A stretch of 52,570 nt of DNA from a virus (IMGVR_UViG_3300049482_000051:1-52570); one strand, 5' to 3'; shown: positions 18,369 through 25,646, numbered from the stretch's first letter. Notes: generated by a model from the sequence alone, not told the origin. Numbers and translations: made by a program.

Positions 18369-20873
18369 TTAGAAGTCGTGACCGGCCACAGCGGCCCGTG
18401 CGTTGAAGGAAGCCAGGTGGTCAAGGACTGGTTTGTAGCGCTCTCCTTGTTCCGTGAGGAACTTCTTGTAGGACGCAATGCCGATCGTGCCGTTCTTGGG
18501 CAGGGCCTTGTTGCGACAATACTGGATGACGCTGTCGATGAAGAGCACATTGCGGCGGTACTCTGCATATGACGTGGTGGACTTGAAGATCCGGAACTCC
18601 ACGGTTTTCTCCGTCATGTTGACGGCAGCGTATCGCTGACTCTTCCGGGCGTCCAGGTCCGTGGCCAGATGGACCATTTCGCTGACCGGAGTACCTCGGG
18701 CGCCCCAGTCTAACGAAGCATACGTACTCCGTCGACCAGCAAAGTGAACCGTGAGTTCAGGATTGCCGTAGATGAAGCGCTGGACTCGGAGCAAGCCACG
18801 ACCGATTCGGCGTTCTAGGGTGGACTTTTCTCCTTGGGGTAAGGTGCTGGATAACACCTCGAAACCCGGTTTCGAGGTGTGGATATGAATACCACAGCAG
18901 TCGCGCTCAGCCATCTGGACGCTCAGGTACTGGAACAGCGTCTGGAGGGTGCCCTCGTTCTCGTCCATCCAGGCCAGCGAGAAGGGATGCGACACGAACT
19001 CGATACCATCGCCGATAGAGCCGTCGCGCTTGGCGTAGAAGAGGCCCTTGGACAGTTCAATGGCCCGCTTGGCTGTCGGAGTGCGCTCGTAGGCTCCTCG
19101 GCCACACAGTTCAACCTCAGTACCAAAGTACAGTGGTCCTACGCCGTGAAGACGGGCCTTGGGCTTGTAGCTATAGTCAGCGACGACCTGGAAGTTATTC
19201 TTGCGATAGCAGACAGCACAGACGCCGAAGACGTTTGAGGTGGCCTCGAAGCCCTGGCGACACCCCGGGCATTGGTCGACGTGGGAAGCGCAGGCGCCGC
19301 AGACCATATGGGTTGTCTCGTCGGCCCGGATAACAGTGAAGCCACGTTCGCGGCTATGAGCAGCGCCGCAGCGGGGGCATGTCTGGTTCAGGCGGCGAAG
19401 GACGGCCTGTTTGCCCTTGGCGGTAACGGGGTATTTAACTCCGTCGACCGTGATGCTCTCGGTGGGCTTTCCAAGCTTGGCCTTGCCGAGCGTGCCATTC
19501 TCGTTGTTGACCGTGAGGTACCATTCGCCGGGTGCTGCGAGCATACGGACAACGGTATAGCGTGAAATGTTGCTCTCTTCGGCGAAGCGACTTGGACGTT
19601 CAAGCATGGCCGAATGACCGAAGCTAACAAGGCGTGCAGTTCCCGGAAGGTCTGGAGTGCAGACATCAGATACCACGTCGCCGCCGAACATGAGATACAA
19701 GGCGCCTGGGACACGCGGGCCAGGTAGGTTGAGGGTGCCTTGAACAATGTGGGGTTCGAGGCCGTAGACCTGGTCTCCAGTGATGAGCAGTTGCATGCGA
19801 CGATCGCCGTCGGCCATGACAAAGGCGTCTTCTTCCTCAAAGTTGATGTCGACCTTGGACATGGTCCGGAGCCGCAGGGAACGAATGAGTGAGCCAGTCT
19901 CCAGGCAGGTCACGACGCAGCGACGACCGCTGTAGGTGATAATGGTACCAGGTTCAGGGATGTCAGACTTAGGACGCGGGGCTGCCCAAGTGATACCCTC
20001 GGGCTCTGGAACAGTGACAACAGGAAGGCCGCAGTAGCGCAGGCTTCCCTGGAAGAACTCGGACGACGGAGGAACATTGGAGTTCTCCTGGATGTTCTCC
20101 ATGAGAATGGCGCCGTTGTTGTCGACCCAGGCTACGCTCTTATCTGCGACGGCCAGGATCTTGCCATGTGCCTCGCCGTACTTGATGAACATACCGGGCT
20201 CGAACCGAGTAGTCGGGGCGACCGTAGTAAGCTGAGTGAATGGGCCTTTGAGGTCTCCCTGAGGAACGCGGCCCTCAAAGTCAGCGGGCTCAATGCCGTG
20301 ATCGCGGCGCTTGAAGATGCGCTGACGGCCTTCGTGGACAGCGTGAAACAGAGCGCCTGAGGGAACGTCGGTGACTTTGGTAGTGACACCATGAGTAGTT
20401 ACCGTAGTGCCGCCAGGATTGAACGGGCGGTTAGCGGCGTCGAGGAACTGACCAGTAGGCGAGAGGTGAAGAACCTGAACGCCGCCGTTCTTGCCGTGAA
20501 GGATGTTGGGACCTGCGATCATGAGGCGACCACCGCCTTCAAGCTCGAAGAGGCCTGGTTCTACGGTGAACGGAATGTTCGAGGTGTCAAGTTCATTGGC
20601 CTTGTAGGCCGCAGCGATGGCCGCGATGCCGTAGCCCGTGTAGAACTTGAAGCCGTCGACCGTCGAGGACGCGACGTTCTGAAATTGGTGTGTTGCCAGA
20701 GTTGCGGCAACGTTGATTTCTGGGCATGAACCAATGCGGTTCAGCGGTGACACGAAGAACCGGAGGCATCCGGAGCGATCGGTCACGGGAGGTTCGATGA
20801 CTCGGAAATGCGCGCCAGTCGTGTCGACCAGCACGGAGTCTTTGGTGATATCAGTGAGGGCCGAGATCGTCAT
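18369..20873 (-). CDS. putative amidoligase (COOH-NH2 ligase, Amidoligase_2-like) with zinc ribbons and a long N-terminal extension
   Basis: YFGTEVEL, KRDGSI..GIEFVSHP, CGIHIH, RYAAVN, TVEFRIF; four CxxC pairs immediately upstream; adjacent to the GATase. Confidence 0.85.
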   Translation of the reverse strand: MTISALTDITKDSVLVDTTGAHFRVIEPPVTDRSGCLRFFVSPLNRIGSCPEINVAATLATHQFQNVASSTVDGFKFYTGYGIAAIAAAYKANELDTSNIPFTVEPGLFELEGGGRLMIAGPNILHGKNGGVQVLHLSPTGQFLDAANRPFNPGGTTVTTHGVTTKVTDVPSGALFHAVHEGRQRIFKRRDHGIEPADFEGRVPQGDLKGPFTQLTTVAPTTRFEPGMFIKYGEAHGKILAVADKSVAWVDNNGAILMENIQENSNVPPSSEFFQGSLRYCGLPVVTVPEPEGITWAAPRPKSDIPEPGTIITYSGRRCVVTCLETGSLIRSLRLRTMSKVDINFEEEDAFVMADGDRRMQLLITGDQVYGLEPHIVQGTLNLPGPRVPGALYLMFGGDVVSDVCTPDLPGTARLVSFGHSAMLERPSRFAEESNISRYTVVRMLAAPGEWYLTVNNENGTLGKAKLGKPTESITVDGVKYPVTAKGKQAVLRRLNQTCPRCGAAHSRERGFTVIRADETTHMVCGACASHVDQCPGCRQGFEATSNVFGVCAVCYRKNNFQVVADYSYKPKARLHGVGPLYFGTEVELCGRGAYERTPTAKRAIELSKGLFYAKRDGSIGDGIEFVSHPFSLAWMDENEGTLQTLFQYLSVQMAERDCCGIHIHTSKPGFEVLSSTLPQGEKSTLERRIGRGLLRVQRFIYGNPELTVHFAGRRSTYASLDWGARGTPVSEMVHLATDLDARKSQRYAAVNMTEKTVEFRIFKSTTSYAEYRRNVLFIDSVIQYCRNKALPKNGTIGIASYKKFLTEQGERYKPVLDHLASFNARAAVAGHDF

Positions 20874-20909
20874 GGGGTTTCCTTGAGTTGTAACTTCGTT
20901 ATTTCACAC

Positions 20910-20940
20910 AAAAATACCCAGGGTTTGTAGTCCCCTGGGT
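20910..20940 (-). terminator. intrinsic terminator
   Basis: ACCCAGGG/CCCTGGGT stem followed by ATTTTTG on the minus strand. Confidence 0.65.
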
Positions 20941-20965
20941 CAGAGCCGCTTCTACTTTCGTAGAA

Positions 20966-21172
20966 TTACGGGTTCTTGATTTCCAACTGCACGGTCTTCA
21001 CAAAGCTCAGGCCACGGGCACTGCGGATGTGATTGCGCGCATTGCGCTCAGTGCGGTACGTCTTCGCACCGGGTTCGATGTTGCCCGCAGCGTCCTTGTA
21101 GACGTTGACGAAGAACTTCACGGTTGCCGCAGCGGCAACGGGGGCGACGAGGGTCTGCTGGAAACGGGACAT
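20966..21172 (-). CDS. small basic hypothetical protein
   Basis: 68 aa with a strong AGGAG Shine-Dalgarno; lies between the ribozyme and the terminator. Confidence 0.7.
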   Translation of the reverse strand: MSRFQQTLVAPVAAAATVKFFVNVYKDAAGNIEPGAKTYRTERNARNHIRSARGLSFVKTVQLEIKNP

Positions 21173-21259
21173 GATAACTCCTGCTGCCGGTTAAGGCGTG
21201 CCCATCAGTGTGTCGATGGGGGTTCCCTTGAGCGCAAGGTAGGGCGGTGACACGGACGT

Positions 21260-21348
21260 GTACACTACAGCGCGGGTACCGTAGCTGAGGAGGCTACGGC
21301 TTATTACTCACGCGCTGTTTCGGCCACTCAGGCCATCTTCAGGTGTAC
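21260..21348 (-). ncRNA. type I hammerhead ribozyme
   Basis: Minus strand reads GUACAC-CUGAAGA-U-GGCC(UGAGU)GGCC-GAAA-CAGCGCG...CGCGCUG-UA-GUGUAC: complete core, three paired stems and a GUA cleavage triplet. Confidence 0.9.
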
Positions 21349-21366
21349 TAGCGTAGCTAGACTAAC

Positions 21367-21582
21367 TTAGAACTTCCTAGAGTTCTTAGCGCGCTGATAG
21401 TCAGCCCAGTAGCCGAAGCCACCGGCAATAATGATGACCAGGAGCATGATGAACCAGAAGGTTACAAGGCCAAGCAACGGCGACATCACCCAGAACCAGG
21501 ACCATGCGGCAATGGCTGTGAGTCCTGCGAGTTTGCAGAAGATGAAGGCGGCTTGGAGCATGGCGATGATAGCGGTGAGCAT
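21367..21582 (-). CDS. small membrane protein (KL.G...WSW.WV.SP family common in phages)
   Basis: FCKLAGLTAIAAWSWFWVMSPLL; two hydrophobic helices. Confidence 0.7.
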   Translation of the reverse strand: MLTAIIAMLQAAFIFCKLAGLTAIAAWSWFWVMSPLLGLVTFWFIMLLVIIIAGGFGYWADYQRAKNSRKF

Positions 21583-21615
21583 GTGATTTCCTGTTTTCTG
21601 TGTAGCTTAGCTACA

Positions 21616-21685
21616 ACAAAAAGCCGCCGTGCACGAACCCCCAAGACCCGCAGGTCGCATGGATGGGCTTACTGGCACGGCGGCT
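21616..21685 (-). ncRNA. candidate ~70 nt small RNA or attenuator hairpin
   Basis: An 11 bp stem AGCCGCCGUGC/GCACGGCGGCU closes an inner hairpin and is followed by UUUU; it begins 7 nt after a -10 box. Confidence 0.55.
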
Positions 21686-21692
21686 GAGTGGT

Positions 21693-21719
21693 AACGTAGA
21701 GTTCTTTGAACTATGTCAA
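21693..21719 (-). promoter_or_regulatory. sigma70-like promoter
   Basis: TTGACA-15 nt-TACGTT; AGTTC/GAACT inverted repeat in the spacer. Confidence 0.55.
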
Positions 21720-21722
21720 GAA

Positions 21723-21806
21723 CTATTTTGAGGCCTTGATGAATCGATAGACAGAGTAGATCCAGATGAGCCATAGAATAGCGTAGACGACGAGGAACGT
21801 AGTCAT
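21723..21806 (-). CDS. small single-TM peptide (27 aa, not in the ORF track)
   Basis: MTTFLVVYAILWLIWIYSVYRFIKASK; ATGA overlap with the upstream stop. Confidence 0.5.
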   Translation of the reverse strand: MTTFLVVYAILWLIWIYSVYRFIKASK

Positions 21807-22018
21807 ACAGCCAGGAGGGCTTCGGTATCCAAGCCGTACTCAAGGCCAATGTCACGGGCTTCTTCATGCCACTTAGTTCGGTGGAACTGTGACATGGTTG
21901 TGCGAAAGTCATTGAGCATGTCGCGCTCATTGACGCCTCTCGCCTGGGGGAACGGCTTCCCTGAGAACATGGCTACGACGCAGGAGTTGTAGAAGCCCTG
22001 AAGCTTCGTGAGGGTCAT
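21803..22018 (-). CDS. hypothetical protein
   Basis: 71 aa; ATGA-coupled at both ends. Confidence 0.65.
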   Translation of the reverse strand: MTLTKLQGFYNSCVVAMFSGKPFPQARGVNERDMLNDFRTTMSQFHRTKWHEEARDIGLEYGLDTEALLAV

Positions 22019-22317
22019 GACTGGCTTTCTTGGGCGATAGGACGGCGGGGAGAGCCTGAGGCGTCTTGAAGCGCAAAGGCGAGGTTGTTGAGGCGAGTGT
22101 TCATCATTTCTTGGAGCTCTGGGCCACGAGAGAGGATCTCAACGCCTGGGTGCTCAGAGCCACTGGCCTGGGCTAGGAACACAAGGAGTTCGTCGCCTGC
22201 GCTGGCGGCTTTGTGGAGCGCAAGGCCGAGGGCTCGGAGTTTTGAGATAACTAGGTACTGGAAGCAAATGATGAACAGGGCAATAGCGAGGGCTATTGAG
22301 AGGATGAGGGTGGTCAT
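22015..22317 (-). CDS. membrane-anchored hypothetical protein
   Basis: N-terminal TM helix; ATGA coupling. Confidence 0.65.
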   Translation of the reverse strand: MTTLILSIALAIALFIICFQYLVISKLRALGLALHKAASAGDELLVFLAQASGSEHPGVEILSRGPELQEMMNTRLNNLAFALQDASGSPRRPIAQESQS

Positions 22318-22577
22318 GGTTCTTTCCAGACTAGTTTAACGCGGACTACGAGGCACGTGGGGCCTGCGCGTCGATTGGCTCCTAGGCCAGGCACTGGGGC
22401 CGTAGCGTGCTCGAAGTGGGTGCGGTACTCTACGCAGTCGTGGTACGGCAGTGCCCTGGTGTTCGAGGTCTTAACGTAGGTGTAGGTATCAAAGTCAGCT
22501 GGGCATCCAAAGACTTCGCCGATGGCCAGGTCTTTGAATTCCAGGGTGTTTCCGGTGGCTAGGGCTTTCCAGGGCAT
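22314..22577 (-). CDS. MPW-array paralog 8
   Basis: MPWKAL...FKDLAIGEVF...YVK...VKLVWKE. Confidence 0.75.
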   Translation of the reverse strand: MPWKALATGNTLEFKDLAIGEVFGCPADFDTYTYVKTSNTRALPYHDCVEYRTHFEHATAPVPGLGANRRAGPTCLVVRVKLVWKEP

Positions 22578-22579
22578 GT

Positions 22580-22831
22580 CTAGTTACTCCAGCGGAACTT
22601 CAAGGTGTTGAATATAGGGCCATCGCTGGCGCTTGCATGACGCGCAATGGCCGGGGAGCGCGGAGGAATCACAGGCTGTTCGCCGGGGGTGAAGTAATCC
22701 CAGTGGTTTTGGAGAGGCCCTGTCTTTAGCCAGAACTTGGTGGCGGCCATGTGGGCTCGGGAGAACACAGTGCCAACTTCCATAGACTCAAAGGTTACGT
22801 CGCGCTTTACTACTGAGAATGTCCAGGGCAT
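22580..22831 (-). CDS. MPW-array paralog 7
   Basis: MPWTFS...FESMEVGTVF...WLK...LKFRWSN. Confidence 0.75.
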   Translation of the reverse strand: MPWTFSVVKRDVTFESMEVGTVFSRAHMAATKFWLKTGPLQNHWDYFTPGEQPVIPPRSPAIARHASASDGPIFNTLKFRWSN

Positions 22832-22832
22832 T

Positions 22833-23093
22833 TTAGTCCTTCCATTCTAGGCGGTACATGAACACCTTTGCGTTGTCACGGAAGGGTGAGTGTATTCTGG
22901 CAACTGGAGAAGCCTTGGGTACGGGGCCTTCGTTGGAGTCGGAGGTGTTTATGGAGAAGCACTCGGTTTCGGTGTGCTTGACGCGGCCTGGATAGCGATA
23001 GCCGGGGGAATAGGTATGTAGGGATACGCCTAGGCCTATTGGTACATTGCGGAATGTGCTTAGGCCAAGGCAGGATTTGATGACCCAGGGCAT
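22833..23093 (-). CDS. MPW-array paralog 6
   Basis: MPWVIKS...FRNVPIG...RVK...YRLEWKD. Confidence 0.75.
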   Translation of the reverse strand: MPWVIKSCLGLSTFRNVPIGLGVSLHTYSPGYRYPGRVKHTETECFSINTSDSNEGPVPKASPVARIHSPFRDNAKVFMYRLEWKD

Positions 23094-23094
23094 T

Positions 23095-23346
23095 TTAATC
23101 TCTCCATTCTAGCTTTATTTGGTGCCAGGATTGTTCTGGGCTATGCGAGCCTCGGCTACTGTCGAGGGGTCGTGGTATGGGAATATATCCGCGATCTAGC
23201 CTTTGGAGCCTGCCCTCGTGGTTGAGAATCAACACGGACCCAACCTCTTCGCCTACTGTGTTCTCCATGCACTGAATCGTTGAGCCTGGAGGCAGGTGCT
23301 TCATGAGGCTAGGATGATCTGCTATCCAGGTGACAATCCATGGCAT
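23095..23346 (-). CDS. MPW-array paralog 5
   Basis: Start at MPWIVTW (23346); MKHLPPG...IKLEWRD. Confidence 0.7.
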   Translation of the reverse strand: MPWIVTWIADHPSLMKHLPPGSTIQCMENTVGEEVGSVLILNHEGRLQRLDRGYIPIPRPLDSSRGSHSPEQSWHQIKLEWRD

Positions 23347-23348
23347 GA

Positions 23349-23585
23349 CTAAACATCCTTGGTGGTGAGGGTGCCCTCCAGTTCGATAACTTCGTATCCT
23401 ACGCACCAGACGTGCTCTTTGCCAGACTCGGTGCCAGTAAGGGTCATGGAGCCATTGGTGCTATGTTTCAGCTTCATGAACACAACGCCGGGGAACTTCT
23501 CGTCCCGGAATAGGTCTCCGCCTTCCAGGTGGTCGATGACAACTTTGCGGCCCCGGACTTCGCGGTTCAAGGTAATGCGTGGCAT
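23349..23585 (-). CDS. MPW-array paralog 4 (most divergent termini)
   Basis: MPRITL...IDHLEGGDLF...VFMK...VIELEGTL shares the core pattern. Confidence 0.7.
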   Translation of the reverse strand: MPRITLNREVRGRKVVIDHLEGGDLFRDEKFPGVVFMKLKHSTNGSMTLTGTESGKEHVWCVGYEVIELEGTLTTKDV

Positions 23586-23586
23586 G

Positions 23587-23859
23587 TTATATTTCCTTGT
23601 ATTCTACGTTTACGAGTTGGCACTTATAGTCTGGACGCAGGAACACATTCTCGGCCACGGGGCTCTGGATTGAAGGCGTGGGACTTAGGGTCAACGGGGA
23701 GTAGCTATGCGCGTCGCGCTTGATGAGGGGAGTCCAGGCGGTGTCGCCTATGTGAAGGTCTGCGTGGCCTATGATAGACCAAGTTTGCCCTACGGCCATG
23801 TCGCCGAAGCGAATGTGAGGGCCTACGCTTTTTATTACCCAGGTCATAAGGATCCTCAT
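23587..23859 (-). CDS. MPW-array paralog 3
   Basis: (MRIL)MTWVIKS...FGDMAVGQTW...LIK...VNVEYKE. Confidence 0.7.
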   Translation of the reverse strand: MRILMTWVIKSVGPHIRFGDMAVGQTWSIIGHADLHIGDTAWTPLIKRDAHSYSPLTLSPTPSIQSPVAENVFLRPDYKCQLVNVEYKEI

Positions 23860-24122
23860 TCAATCCAGGCTAGGGTGGCGCGGTAGACCAGGTGTTCATC
23901 ACTGTAGTATTCGTGGTATCCGTTGAGTGAGGGAACGGGAGTAGCGCCATGGTGCCTAGGGTGGTTTGCGTCAACATACTGTTCGGGGCCGACCTTGATG
24001 AGGGTGTAGAGGTGTCTGGTCATGAGCAACTCGGGATCGCACGCTGTGGCCCAGGCTTCTCCGACTCCGATTTCAGAGAACGGAACGCGGGTATTAGATA
24101 TGCTTCGCATTACCCAGGGCAT
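23856..24122 (-). CDS. MPW-array paralog 2
   Basis: MPWVMRSI...FSEIGVGEAWA...LIK...VYRATLAWIE. Confidence 0.75.
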   Translation of the reverse strand: MPWVMRSISNTRVPFSEIGVGEAWATACDPELLMTRHLYTLIKVGPEQYVDANHPRHHGATPVPSLNGYHEYYSDEHLVYRATLAWIE

Positions 24123-24125
24123 AGG

Positions 24126-24404
24126 CTACTCCACATAGGTAAGGATGGCTTTGTAGACAGTGCGGGATGGGGAGAAGTCATGACGGGTCCAGGTGCTTGA
24201 TACCCGCAATGAGGACAGATCAGGAACGGGTAATAGGGCTAGCGTTACATCAAGGTACAGGTGGTCATCGAACTTTATGAGGGACCTGACTCCTGGATTC
24301 ATGATGTAGTAGGGCACTTCGTAGCTTGATGCCCAGGCTTCTCCGGGGAGTAGGGTGCCATAAAGCACGGGCTCGGGGTTTATGGATTTCATTAGCCAGG
24401 GCAT
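24126..24404 (-). CDS. MPW-array paralog 1
   Basis: MPWLMKSI...YGTLLPGEAWA...LIK...VYKAILTYVE. Confidence 0.75.
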   Translation of the reverse strand: MPWLMKSINPEPVLYGTLLPGEAWASSYEVPYYIMNPGVRSLIKFDDHLYLDVTLALLPVPDLSSLRVSSTWTRHDFSPSRTVYKAILTYVE

Positions 24405-24411
24405 AGGACAC

Positions 24412-24840
24412 CTATTCCTCTAGGAGGATACCGCACGGCGTTTCTGAGCCGTCTTCGTGGACGTGGACGAACATAGCCAGGAGGCTTTCAGGCATGCACA
24501 GCTTCTCAGACTGGTCAAGGCCTTCGTAGCTTACTAAGCTGGCGTAGGTGTTGGGGGTTCTTTGGGCGGCAAAGATGTGCTGGGTGTGGCTATGTAGGCA
24601 GCGAATCATGAGAATCTTGGGTACTTCGTCCTTGGTCCAAGGGCGCCACTTAGGTTTGGGCTTGACGCGGAACTCAAAGTTGCCGTTGAGCATCTTGTGC
24701 CAGGAGTCGAAGTCACGGGAGTTCATGTCCTGCCAGCGAGGCGGGGTTTGGTCATCGACAAGGAAGGAGTACTGAATTGCCTTGCCACCGACGAAGGCCT
24801 GGAGGATTGGGATGAGGAACGAGGCTTCGTTGACGTTCAT
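24412..24840 (-). CDS. conserved phage hypothetical protein
   Basis: ILQAFVGGKAIQ...W.D...FRVKPKPKWRPW is a pattern I recognise from phage early proteins of unknown function. Confidence 0.65.
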   Translation of the reverse strand: MNVNEASFLIPILQAFVGGKAIQYSFLVDDQTPPRWQDMNSRDFDSWHKMLNGNFEFRVKPKPKWRPWTKDEVPKILMIRCLHSHTQHIFAAQRTPNTYASLVSYEGLDQSEKLCMPESLLAMFVHVHEDGSETPCGILLEE

Positions 24841-24870
24841 GGTTCATACCTTTCAGGTAATGCCCGTACA

Positions 24871-24945
24871 AAGCCTAGGTGATGACGAGGTTATATAGAG
24901 TGAATATAAAGCGTGTACACTCTACGGCATTCATCGCCTAGGCTT
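24871..24945. repeat. 15 bp inverted repeat enclosing a second 7 bp stem
   Basis: AAGCCTAGGTGATGA (24871-85) pairs with TCATCGCCTAGGCTT (24931-45); inner TAGAGTG/CACTCTA. Confidence 0.75.
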
Positions 24946-24972
24946 AATGTTTCATAGCGTTTCAGCTAATCG

Positions 24973-25323
24973 TCAGCGGGCTTTGAGGTTGCGGAGCAAT
25001 TTATGGGCCGCGATATGCTTGAAGGTAGCCTTGCCCAAGTCGTTGAGCTCGGCCAAGTCGTTCATTGTGTTACGGCTTAGCCCGAGGAGCTTGGCATTCG
25101 CTATGTCCAGGAGCCCTGAAGCGCACTGAGGAAGGCGGCACACGAGGGCGGCTACACCGAGGCAGCAGAACGACTTGCCCGCCCTTGGAGAGCATTCGCT
25201 GCTGCTCGCGTCGATGCCCTGGCGAGCCAGGGCGCCAGTGGTCTGCTTGTAGCGTCCGGAGCGCAGGGCCTTACGCCACTTAGAGCGCAGGGCATTGATT
25301 TCTTTGCGTTTTTTGGCTTTCAT
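24973..25323 (-). CDS. conserved phage hypothetical protein
   Basis: W.KALRSGRYKQ..G.L...FCCLGV...LAELND.G..TF..IA pattern; start placed at MKAKKRK. Confidence 0.7.
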   Translation of the reverse strand: MKAKKRKEINALRSKWRKALRSGRYKQTTGALARQGIDASSSECSPRAGKSFCCLGVAALVCRLPQCASGLLDIANAKLLGLSRNTMNDLAELNDLGKATFKHIAAHKLLRNLKAR

Positions 25324-25324
25324 G

Positions 25325-25486
25325 TCAGTCTTCGCTTTCATAGTGGGCAATGAGCACAGCGCGCTCAACGAGGGCTGTGACTCGATTGTGGATGAGGGCA
25401 GACACGGCAGCCTTGGTGGCTTGGTCGCCGTTGTAGCCAGCTAGGAACAAGGACTCTAGGAGTTCTTGGATGGTTGGGTCTGGCAT
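25325..25486 (-). CDS. small hypothetical protein (53 aa, not in the ORF track)
   Basis: MPDPTIQELLESLFLAGYNGDQATKAAVSALIHNRV...; fits the gap exactly. Confidence 0.55.
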   Translation of the reverse strand: MPDPTIQELLESLFLAGYNGDQATKAAVSALIHNRVTALVERAVLIAHYESED

Positions 25487-25489
25487 GGC

Positions 25490-25639
25490 CTAGTCCTTGG
25501 ACGCTTTGTGGAAGCACCAGAGGAAGACCACGAAGTTCACTACGGACAGGGTGGCGCTCAGGTGGCTTCCAGTGGCTTGGAAGTCAAAGGCCAGGTAGAC
25601 GCCGCAGATGAGGTTGAGGAGGGCGAGGGGGAGGTTCAT
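25490..25639 (-). CDS. small two-TM membrane protein (49 aa, not in the ORF track)
   Basis: MNLPLALLNLICGVYLAFDFQATGSHLSATLSVVNFVVFLWCFHKASKD. Confidence 0.55.
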   Translation of the reverse strand: MNLPLALLNLICGVYLAFDFQATGSHLSATLSVVNFVVFLWCFHKASKD

Positions 25640-25646
25640 GGGAGTC

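Noticed and set aside
21190-21360. tRNA gene
   Set aside because: No T-loop GTTC or D-loop pattern and no cloverleaf; the stems fit a hammerhead instead.
21607-21930. 107 aa ORF spanning the promoter and sRNA
   Set aside because: It overlaps a better coupled gene pair (21803-22018 and 21723-21806) and the promoter/terminator structure.
22314-24404. MPW array as a CRISPR array, integron or diversity-generating retroelement
   Set aside because: The repeats are short coding junctions; there are no attC-like palindromes, integrase, reverse transcriptase or TR/VR pair.
24841-24972. Second hammerhead ribozyme
   Set aside because: It has GATGA and GAAAC fragments but no CUGANGA core in the correct arrangement on either strand.
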